Below, in pieces: positions 52,094-63,084 of a stretch of DNA of 64,000 nt. Source of the DNA: Antedon mediterranea (taxonomy: Eukaryota > Animalia > Echinodermata); the NCBI RefSeq assembly GCF_964355755.1, contig NC_092671.1, positions 9,858,001 through 9,922,000 of the forward strand. The letters run 5' to 3'. Position 1 is the first letter of the stretch. Each line of letters starts with the position of its first letter. Under the pieces are notes generated by a model, which worked only from the letters and a program-made list of their open reading frames with translations, was not told where the DNA came from and searched no databases. The translations under genes and the position numbers were made by a program.

Positions 52094-55000
52094 TTTGTAA
52101 CAGTAATATAATATAATTCGATAATGATCAGCAGCAACTAAGATTGGAATGGTGGAAAAACTGAGTATTGCTAAGGTTTTTATGCTTATTTCCATGAATT
52201 GAAATATTTATATTGTTTTTTTACAATAACTGACCGTCACAAAAGCCATTGTTAAAACTAGAGCGGCGACGACTTGAAACGCGTTACCGATAACAGCGGT
52301 TTCACTATTGATGTCACTGACGCATTGTTGAACGTTTCATCAAAGCTCAACGACTTCAACGTGTTGAACGCTATTGAATTCCATTGTCTAACGTATTCAA
52401 TGAACGATACGCGAACGCTCAACGGGTTCAACACATTCAACGCGCTTGTTTTTAAACATAATGTTTTATTGGATAATTATTTATTTATTTTGGTATACAA
52501 GATAAGAGGAAATAAAGGCCGGTATACAAACATTAAAAATTCCCAGCCAATATTAAGTAACACATAAATGATAGTAGTATAATATACAATCTACCTTATT
52601 TGATTTAGTAATTAAAAACAAACATTTCTAATGAAATAACATGCCTTGTGTAAGCAAAATACCCTTTTAAATACAAAATACAGTGTATTCTAATATAACA
52701 TTTGACAGTTCATCAATCAATATTGTTTGTATTGTTTTCGGCCACAAGTAGCGATCAGGGAACGCGAGACCATGTTCGTTGACTCTCTTCCTCATTTGCT
52801 TCCACTTTTAAGCGCAGTTTCTGCTGCCAAAAAAATACGGTATATATACGTCCGGTATTAAAAAAATACCGTATAAAATACGGTATTTTCTTGGCAGCAG
52901 AAACAGGGCCTTATATGAGTATCAGTCAATGTTTATTATTATTTATGATGCAGTCGTATTTTGAAAATAAGGAGATAATTCATGTTTTTGATCTCGGGAG
53001 TGGAGGAGGATTGAGTGTTTTTGAGTTTTATAAATTAAAGTTATGAGTTCAACCAAATGTGTTTATTGGTGGTTTTGGTGCTATTAGCTACTGAGTTGTT
53101 CACCGGAAAATTTAAGGGTGGGTTACTATTTTCAGATTCCTAATTTAAGATTAGTAATAGTAACCCCCCTTCTAATAGTAACCCACCCTAAAAAACAATC
53201 AAATAATAGTAACCCATAAATACGTAAAAAGTTATTAAGAAAAGAAACACCGTTCCGTTGCTTTATCCCTACCATAGACCTACCATATCATTAACCATAA
53301 CATTATTATAAATTAACATTCACGCCTAATGTAACCCACGAAGAAGAATAATTAGAATAACAAAAACAAAACACCGTTAGTTTTATTAATATATTTATAG
53401 GTCTATCTCTTAAATTTAATATACATTACAACTACAATGTTATACGGTAAGTCTACGGTGCCATACCATATTATTTACGCCTACAGGTAGGTGTAACCCA
53501 CAAATATTAGAATAACAAAACAATTCAGAATAAAGAATTATTCTGATGCAAGACAATATAGTATAGGTTAGGCGTTTTCTTTTACCATATTATTGTTTCT
53601 TGTTAATAATTACTTTGGCCTGCAACTGTATGAATGGGATGGGAGTTGCGAGAATATGCGAGAGAACAGTCAACATTTCAAACACTTACAGTGTACCGGA
53701 TAGAGTGGAGCGCATTGTTTGATGCTTTTCAAAACGCTTAACGTTTTCAACGCGTTCAACGCTATGGAAATCAATTGTTTAACGTCGTCAATGAACGGTC
53801 AACGGGTTCAACACATTCAACGCGCTCTATTGTTAACGTATTCAAAACGCTTTGTTGTACTTAAAAATGTAAATGTAATGTTGTTCGATTTATATATTGG
53901 TTCAAAGGCGTCGACACGTCGCATTTTTTAGTTCTTTAAAATTACATGGGACCAATTACAAAATAAAAACCAAAATAGAGAAACATTATTTTAACTTTAT
54001 TTCTTGAATCCTCTTGAATCTCGAACAGCTAAAAAATGTAGGCCTAAATAAAATTAGTTACTTCGTCGTCTCATTAACGATCGTTAAAATACGTCATAAC
54101 ACACGTGGTGTTTTTCTTGAGGAACCGGAAGCCGGAGTGGCGGCCTCGTGTGTTGATTTTTCAGTTTACCAGGTTGTTTGATTTTACGACGTGAGATCGT
54201 GTTTTTCTCGTCAGACCTACAGTACAGTGACTGTTAGTGTTAGGCTTAGCATCGACCTTATTATTCGATGTTTTCCTTCACTAAACACTGGGAAATAAAT
54301 TAACACTGAGGATCACTGTGTGTTTTATTTGGTAACTGTCTGTTCAATACATAAAATATATAATATGAAGCTATATTTTGTTTTATATTAAAATATCTGG
54401 TAGTGACTGCCGATAGGTATTTTGCCTGTTGTTGTTACTGATCGTTCAGGCGTGCAATCGGCCAGTCAAGTGCTGCAGCAGCTAGCGTTGAAATAACTAA
54501 TTGTTTACTTGACATGCTGATAATGACTTTCGTTGAATAAACAACTAAACGTTGAAAGCCGTTCAACGCAACGCAAACACAACGCAACGACAACGTGTTG
54601 AATGCGTTGGGATTTTTGCAATAATTCTGTCCTGTACTGTAGAGTGTCGGAAAATTAAGCTTATAGTTCGTGTAATTTATCGTAGAATATTTTATTTTAA
54701 ACATCAATTGAACAAGAATTTATCAAGCAGAAAAGCAAGTATACAATGTTCGTTAAATAGAAATGTACCAAAGAAATTTAATAAGCTTGTTTATGGCAGC
54801 CGATACCAAATAGTGGTTTGCCGTTTTGGCGACTTGTAGCGTCATGTGTGAAGCGATCTTCGACCGCTATGGAGTGTAAACAAAACAGGACCGCTAGGCC
54901 TCATATGGCCTAGCGTATATTAGCCTAGCTTGGTTATGATCAAAGGTAGGTGTATTCGGTGTATGGACGTCGCCAAATACAAAATAATGTATTACGACAC

Positions 55001-55621
55001 ACACTGTAGATCTTCAAATTAATGGGTGGGCTTATACCCGAGTGCCTCATTTTTCATGAAAATTAGTCAAAAGTCGGGGGTGGGCTTATACCCGAGTATG
55101 GGCTTATACCCGCGTCAGTACGGTAATCAGAGAAGTTTGTACACACGTTAACTGTAAGTTGCTTGGTTTTCATTTAATGTTATTAATGTTATTATATTAA
55201 TATTACTTTTCTATTATTAATATAATGACTGCATTCAACATTTAAGCAGGGTACAGTTTTGCGTAATTCCTTTATTTGTAATGATTTAGTCAGAATTAAC
55301 TGCATCTACAGTTCTGACTTCTGTATAGTGCTGAATAAACCATTTATTTCAATAAAATCATTCTTAGACTGACCGCATTTCTGCTAAATTTGTGCTCTCA
55401 ACTAACCGAATAAATTAGTTGGTAAATGACAAAAACCTTAACGTATTACCCAAAATGCAATGTGATCGTTCAATTGTTCACGATTCTACAGTACAGCTGT
55501 CAATCAAATTTACCGTTATTTCGTGGTGAAGCTAAAAGTTGCAGTGATAACCGGTAAATGGCGTTGAATATTTTATAAACTATTTGTGTCAGAATACAAG
55601 CAATTTGTGCTTTCAGCGAGT

Positions 55622-55858
55622 TAATATTTTTTTTATGATATCCCAGAAATGACAGAAAAAATATGTTGGCATATCTGAAGAAATAAAAGCCATTATTTAA
55701 ACAACCACACAACTGTAAAAAAAAAATTCCAATGTACTAATATTTTTTTTTATTATATCCCAGAAATGACAGAAATAATATGTTGGCATACTGTATATGA
55801 AGAAATAAAAGCCATTATTTAAACAACCACACAGCTGTAAAAAAAAATTCCAATGTAC
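55622..55858. repeat. Tandem duplication of about 120 bp
   Basis: ATATCCCAGAAATGACAGAAA...TTCCAATGTAC occurs twice. Confidence 0.85.
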
Positions 55859-58330
55859 CAAGACAAGTGATAGTACTTATAATTACTTTTCGAGGTATAT
55901 CTCGCTCTTCGAGGAGAAAGGCTATTGTCGGTTTATCCAGGTAAGCTAGGCACAAAATAGACAAATAATAATACTAACAAATTAATCTCCTCACCATGTC
56001 ATATTTTTCACCACTTTGTTATTTTCAATAATGAAAATAGAAGATTAAATTTTACACTTCTTTGCATTATTAAATAAAGATTGAAAGTAGAAATAAAAAA
56101 AACAATCTTCAGGAAAGTGACGTAGAACAAGTGAGCAATAAAATCATGACATTGAAATTTTTGACGTCAATTGTGTCAGGTTATTGTGTATTAGTTATGA
56201 GTTAAAAGATTACTCAAAATAATGCTTGAATATTCTACACAATGTCATAGTTTAATCAATTCCAATGTCATTAGCAAAAAAATCAAAGCCGTGATATGAT
56301 GAAAGCACTGAAAAATAATGCACATGCTACAAGAAACTCTATTAAGGAAACACTTCAAGGACCAATGTCCTTCTAATAAAAGAATCTCCTGAACATGGAT
56401 TAGGCCTTAAAACCTACACTTTTATTTCCCCTTGTCGTTTCATATGAAATTTTCCCCTTAATTGTGCGTTCCAAAGGTGAGGTTCTAGTCTACAGTACAT
56501 GCAATAAAAAAAAATTAATACTGAATACCAAATACTGAAGACTGTTTTCTTTGAAAAACCCCGCAATTACTATTCTCAAAATCATAGGGATTTTCCCAGA
56601 AGATATTAATGCGATTTACTGTGAGCTAAAAAACCCTGAATTGGAATTGTGAAATACTTCAAGGTACATAAATCATAACATTGTATGTGCTTTCTTTTAA
56701 TACCAAGTACATACTGGTACTGTATATAAATTATCCTCACATGATCCACCATTATGTGAACTCATCATAATCCGAGAATTTATTAATTTCATTTCATCTC
56801 TCTTTCAGAATTGACATCCATAAAATATTATAAACTGTCTAAAAAATAATTTATATCCGTATATCCTATATATCCTACCCCCTACTTAATGTCTGATGTC
56901 TCATAATAACGTTAAATAAACACAGTAAAAATCAGAAACGTGAAATGTTTAATCAGAAACGTGAAATGTTTATCGCCGATTTAATGCGATTGATAAGAAG
57001 AACCTTGGAAACACACAATATAAACAAAACATGACAAAAATAATGATGTAAAAATAACTAAGAACACATGGTAACAGGAATTATCGCTGCAAAATTATCA
57101 AAACCAAGAAAATTAAAAGTTCTATTGTAAACTACCAATGTTGAATGACAGAGCAATATGTTAGGTATTGTCACATAACATCATTTTATATCACCATGAC
57201 ATGTTACATTTCTAAAAAATAAATAAGTGTACTAATAAAATTGAGCATTTTACTTTAAATTAATAAAATGTCTATTCAGATAAGTACAGTACTGTACATG
57301 TGCCAAACACTATAAAATAGATTCCTTTTTGTGGCAGTGTGTCCTATGGGATATATTTATATTCACATAATAAAGTGTTTATTTGTAAAGGTATTACTGT
57401 GTAATCATTGTTAACGTCTCCGTCATGAGCTGGAATACGTGTACTGTACATAATAGTTGATAACAATAACACAAAAGCCCTGTATATAAAATACAATTAC
57501 GATATATTTTTGGAAATAGAAATATAATCTATGGTGATAAATTTGTGGATAAAATGTGGTATATAAACTTATACCGCATTTTGTGTAGCATTTTCGGGAA
57601 CCAATAAAAAATACTGTATGTCTTTGACCTATGAGTTTGACCTATAACACGAAGAGTTTAATTTTCTGCATTGCGTCATTAAAACTAACTCATAATACGA
57701 ATGAATACCAAAAGCTCAAAATATGGATCAGTACGTTAATTAAATCTTTTATTTATCGTTTTTGGTTTTGGAAACTATTTATTTAATCAAAGCAGTGACA
57801 TATTAACATTATTACAAAAAGCCGATACTATATTATTGTTATTATGCTGGCAGGTAGTTGAATATGGGTACCCTTCAATAACAATGAACACAAAATGTGG
57901 TAACATTGTTGCTTGTAACCTTTCACCTATAGTCTGTTAATACAGTCACCAGTTTAAATATCATAAAATATTTATTATAGCCAGTTAACACACTTGCATT
58001 CAATCAAAGAAGCTTATTAAAACACTTTTTCCACAATACATAAAACACAAATTAATATTGGATGAATATCTCCATGCTTTTTACAATCTCGACAAAAAAA
58101 TTTAAATTCTTAAAACAATATGAAGTACTGTACTTTTTATTTTTTTATTTTATTTTATTCAGTTTCCAGGTAACATACAAAAATCATAAACAAGGTACGG
58201 CATCATTCAACAAAACAGAACATACGCATACAGTACATAGCTTTTAAGCCATGGAAGATGTCATAAAAATGGAAATTCAAGCATGGTTGCCAATACAACA
58301 AGGCCTACAGTATATAGTGAAATTAGGTTT

Positions 58331-58545
58331 TGTTGCCTAACAAGGCATATACAGTACTGTAGTATGTTGCCTACCAAGGGCTATATACTGTACTATGTTG
58401 CCTAACAAGGCATATACAGTACTGTAGTATGTTGCCTACCAAGGCCTATATACTGTACTATGTTGCCTTAACAAGGCATACAGTACTGTAGTATGTTGCC
58501 TAACAAGGCCTATACTGTAGTTAGGTTATGTTTCCTAACAAGGCC
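58331..58545. repeat. Minisatellite with alternating 34- and 31-bp units (TGTTGCCTA(A/C)CAAGGC...)
   Basis: Unit starts at 58331, 58365, 58396 and onward. Confidence 0.85.
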
Positions 58546-60348
58546 TGTGAAGTTGTATAACCTCACAAGGCTTATGAATAAATGCTGTCAGTCACAAGAC
58601 GAGGCCTACAATGTGGTGTATACTCTACCATGGAGAAATTACTTACCATCTATAAACCAGAAAAAATGGTTGATCCTAATATTGTCAACAAAGTGAAGCA
58701 GATATAGCAATTTTACTTTCAATAAAATTCCTTTAAGTCTACTTAACAACAGGTACTAAGCACATGGTCCTATATAATACTGTATTAATGGTTCCCGCTT
58801 GTTTGTCATACAGTGCATTATAATATTATCACAGATCAATGAGTTCCAAGGAGACCAGATCACATGGTCTATTGATCTATTAATAGAATATCAAGCCATA
58901 TTGTTAGTTTCTCCATTATGGTTTAAAGACCAGCAAATGTATAGTTTTTTATTACATATTGGTTTAGTGATTTATTTAAATTTGTTTACTTTAAAATTAC
59001 TAATGCGTGACCATGACCTCATAAAGGTCAGCCAAGTTTTTTTTCCCCTGAAGAAATGAATGGACTATTAAGTATTACAACCATTTAATTTTCACTTAAG
59101 GGCAGGGTTTTTTGTTGAATACATGGGAACAAAATGTAATTAATATTATCATCATTTTATAGTGATAGTAAGTTAAAAAATAACTACTTACCGTACATAC
59201 ATAATATTTCTCTTACCATCAGATTTATATTCTTGCGATTTAATCTAAACTCATTATTATTATGTTAATCTAAATGTGCATTACATTGTCATCATTATCT
59301 AAACTGGCAAATCAACAACAACAACAAAACTTGACAATCTTGTATTACAGTAATACCACAATAGGATTGATATTTTAATATGGGTAATTCAGATCAGAAA
59401 AATCAATAACCAAACAATAGTATTCAAATAAACATACAATTACTAATAATAGCAACATAAAATGAATTTATACTATTAATTATTTAATCATATTGTAGTA
59501 CCTATTATCCGTGTTACATCTATTTCAATTATCATGAGATTTTTTGTGCAATATTATTTGACAATAACTTGTTGTAATCTCACAGACTTTCCTGTCTAGA
59601 TCATAACACTCAATGTTCTCTGGAAGCTGGTTTTTCCAGCAATATTTAGCAGGCAACGAAACGAATTGCTTTCTACTGTACCCAAATTTAAAATGCTGTA
59701 AGAAAACAAAAATAACTGTAGAACTTCTAGGGAACACCTACAGTGACCCAACAAAATGTCCCCTAAATAAAGTGGCCCCTACATAGAGGGGGTTTAAATA
59801 ATAATAATAATTGCTGAGCTAGTTCGTTTCACAAGTGTCCCCCTTAATCAGGGTGTACCACAGGAGGGGTTGTTCTACTGTATTTGACACTTTACAGATT
59901 TAAAGTATATCACTTTAGGATTCAGTACCTAGCTTAATAATTTTCGTGAATTTATTTTTATATTAGTAAAAGTCATTGTAACACTGCACATCAATCTGTT
60001 TTAATTCCCTATAGGAAATGAATCAGACCAAACATGAAATAGTTACTATATTAAGAAATAACAATATAGTTTAGTTTTCCGAATATTGGACAAATCATAA
60101 ACTTGGATAAATATTTTCAGATTACTGTATGAAAGATAGAAAATAAAATGCTTCCCTTTAGAGAATTGCGACTATACTATTTAAATTAGCCGTTATTACA
60201 GTATATTACCCATGTTCACAATATATCACTACAGATTGGTTATTATATCATTTAAAACTGTGTAACACACTGTTTGTGAGTATAGCTCAACATGGAAGTC
60301 TGTTAAATTGTATTAATCTATTAGTATTGGGCAACATATATACTTCAT

Positions 60349-60680
60349 AGGATCAGGTGACCAAGCAGTTAAGACAGTGGAACCTTAATTACGTAGCCAT
60401 ACATCAGCAAAGGTTCTAGGCTCACACGCTCCATGGTTCTGGTGGTAGAACGAGTCTTCACAGATAAGGACTATAAACCGTAGGTCTAGCATCTAGCTCA
60501 TGTCCACTTTAAAGCACCTATAGTAGTACATCTTTTGAGATGAGTAGGGCGTTACCCCGGTGTACTAGTCCACAGAGACAGCCACTATCAAACACCGGCG
60601 ACTAAAATTAATACCCCACTAACTCCTTCAGGAGCATGGTGTGGAGGGTGGAAACCCAGTTGGTACTAAAAACAAAAACC
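60349..60680 (+). mobile_element. tRNA-derived SINE with a Deu/Nin-domain-like core
   Basis: Degenerate A/B-box-like head, then GATAAGGACTATAAACCGTAGGTC...CACTTTAAAGCACC...GAGTAGGGCGTTACCCCGGTGT resembling the DeuSINE core; A-rich tail. Confidence 0.6.
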
Positions 60681-62282
60681 AAATATAAGGGTGTCGATTC
60701 AGGCGAACCAATGACATGCCATCCAACAAAACCCCCCCAGCCCAGAGAGGAGATAGACATACAGTAAGCCTGTGCATTGTATCATAATGGGTACAACTAC
60801 TCTATCTCATCTGCTACACCCCTACGATTCCTCTAGGTCATAGGACAACTAGAACTAAAACATACTTCAGATGGAACATACAGTAATGCAGTTGGTTCTA
60901 TACAATACCAAGCAATTAACTATAAAATTAAAAAAAATAATATATTCTTTTAGTTTTAAATATTACAAAGTTTTCTATCTTTTATTTATTTTTTCCTGGT
61001 ACATTACCAAGTTAAAACATTATAAATAACTACCTCAGAAACATTATAATATCAGTATTATGTGCATGTACATCATTATGTTTGACGTCAATATACAGAG
61101 TCGGCTGTTTATTAATCTCGTTATGGATGACATTCAGTATCAAACTTGAAAATAACAAATTCCATCGATGAGAAATAAACTACAATTAACAACACCAAAC
61201 TAGCATGACAAAATGCTGAAAACGGAAAAAAATACTTGTTTTCAATTGAATTACTTATGAGGTAGACGATCCAAATCTATTCTAGAATTTGCCAATATGG
61301 CTTAGAATGAAAATGCTCAATACAAAACATAATGTCAGTATTTACTGAAATAAAACTAAATGCTAAAAATTTGTATTTAATGGAAAGTGAGAAAATTCTG
61401 ATTGCTACAGTAGTGGTACACACGATGCAGTAATCTGCTGCTGTATGAAATACACAGTTTTTGAGCTACACTTGTGCATGTACACCACAATGGTATACCG
61501 AAAGAGGAGGCAAATATGTGTGTAGTCCGTATTAAAACACAACAAAGGAGAATGACACAGGGTGTCGAACCCATGCCTTCTCACACGGAAGTCTGATTCC
61601 TTACCAATGGACCATCTCTTTGCATGTCAGAGATTAATAATTAACATTTCAAAAAATGTAACGTCAAGAGAATCATCTTCAAATTAATGAAGCAATGATA
61701 TCTACTAGGTCTAAGATGCTAGGATAGGTAACACCAATTACTACCACCCACTAAACCACAATTAAATTTGTGACATAGTTATCTATTGTAGAAGTCAAAT
61801 GTTTACTTAAACATTAATTACAGGTAAAATATCAAAAGCTAACTGTGCAATAATCTTGAAACTGCAAACTAAACTATATTCTATGTTAGTTGGTCTGCTA
61901 AATTGGAACTTTTATACCAATAAATTAAAGTAAAACACTCTTAAAATAAGCATAAAAAAGTCATTACTAGTACTACAGTAATAGTACAATTCTGAATGCT
62001 GTTGTCTTGAGATAATCAACTCTGTTGAACATCTTAAAAATTCGCAGTTTCTATATCTGTAATTTAGGTTTTTTTTAAATATTTATTTTGGCCATAAACA
62101 TGATTGATTGAAGGAATTATAAAAATCCATACTTAATTTTGAACTTCAGTAACATCCACTTCAAAATAATTAAAAAGCTTTTACGAATGTGAAGTCACCC
62201 AATCCTATTTACATGATCAGCATACTGTAAGACCTTACTGTTAGATAAATTAAAGTTTGTTGAATTCAGAAACATACAGTAA

Positions 62283-62461
62283 AGCGTGGTTCCCACTAGA
62301 ACGTAATGCAAGGACGTAAACGCAACGCAAGCGTTTTAACCAATCACAAGCGAAGTTATAGACAGTTAGCCATCACAAGCGAATAAGCCATCGCTTGTGA
62401 TTGGTCAATTCACTTGCGTTGCGTTACGTCCTTGCGTTGCGTCGCTAGTGGGAACCAAGCT
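62283..62461. mobile_element. 179-bp near-palindromic PIF/Harbinger-like MITE; end fragments at about 62606 and 62648
   Basis: TAA|AGCGTGGTTCCCACTAG ... CTAGTGGGAACCAAGCT|TAA with about 70-bp inverted arms. Confidence 0.85.
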
Positions 62462-63033
62462 TAAACAATAATTACTATTAAGAAAAAATTAAATGCAATG
62501 ATAATTTATACATAATAAAATATAATGCCATTGTTACAATTCACTACTGACCAGTTTACATACTATAGTGGTCTTAAACAAGGAAAGATCAAGGGGTTAG
62601 TGCTAAAGCTTGGTTCCCACTGCTGTGCCAGATCAAAGGGTTAGTGCTAAAGCTTGGTTCCCACTAGGAGTAGGAGCATGCTTCTTGACAGCTAAAATAA
62701 AATCAACCCCCCCCCCCCCCCCTAAAAAAACAAAATCACAGATCCACCCACTGTTAAATTAAACACAGATCCAAAAACCCTTACTGTAAGATTAACATAC
62801 AAACTTGTTTACACCCATTGTAACCTTTTGTAATCATTACTGTTTCCTTGGATTATAATTATTAAGTCTTTCATTTCTATTGACTTGAATGATGTTTCTA
62901 GATAACACTGTATGTAACATATGGTTGCCTAACAAACTGGTCAAATCTACTACTAATAGCAACCACAATACACATTATTATTATTGTTCAAAGGTGAATT
63001 CAAACTTTATAAAAAAAAAAGATATTTCCTTAC

Positions 63034-63084
63034 CGTAGTTCTAGAATCCAAAGTAGAGCTCTCGTTTGTCTGGTCGGAAGTCAT
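63034..63084 (-). CDS. LARP4: LARP4-family coding exon 1 (MTSDQTNESSTLDSRTT)
   Basis: Begins MTSDQ, as I recall human LARP4B does. Donor ACG|GTAAGG, phase 0, matches exon 2. Probable acceptor at about 63201, so non-coding exon(s) may lie further upstream. Confidence 0.75.

Larger units (their letters stand above)
47339..54639. mobile_element. 7.3-kb Tc1-family DNA transposon with a transposase and a second (cargo) gene
   Basis: TA|CAGTACCGGACAGAATTATTGCA ... TGCAATAATTCTGTCCTGTACTG|TA (23-bp TIR, 1 mismatch, similarity continuing through AACGCATTCAAC). Encloses the DD34E transposase. Confidence 0.92.
47151..55123. mobile_element. Outer Tc2/pogo-like MITE (about 670 bp when empty), split by the nested Tc1 element
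   Basis: TA|CCGTACTGACTCGGGTATAAGCCCA ... TGGGCTTATACCCGCGTCAGTACGG|TA (25-bp TIR, 1 mismatch). Extra GGGCTTATACCCGAG copies at about 47214, 55028 and 55082. TIRs resemble those of the 40906-41677 MITE. Confidence 0.88.

Noticed and set aside
52094-52195. Hydrophobic N-terminal extension (MEISIKT...) of the cargo gene as a signal peptide
   Set aside because: The ATG at 52093 has good context and starts exactly at the barrel domain, and the NLS and BEN domain imply a nuclear protein. The extension is not formally excluded.
52274-53931. Similar short ORFs 52274..52567 and 53719..53931 as paralogous peptides
   Set aside because: Both use non-ATG starts, and the frame is not preserved between them; the similarity comes from the DNA repeat.
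61555-61620. tRNA-like sequence on the minus strand (also at about 24393-24460 on plus)
   Set aside because: Only degenerate A/B-box-like motifs are present with no complete cloverleaf; these are more likely SINE heads.
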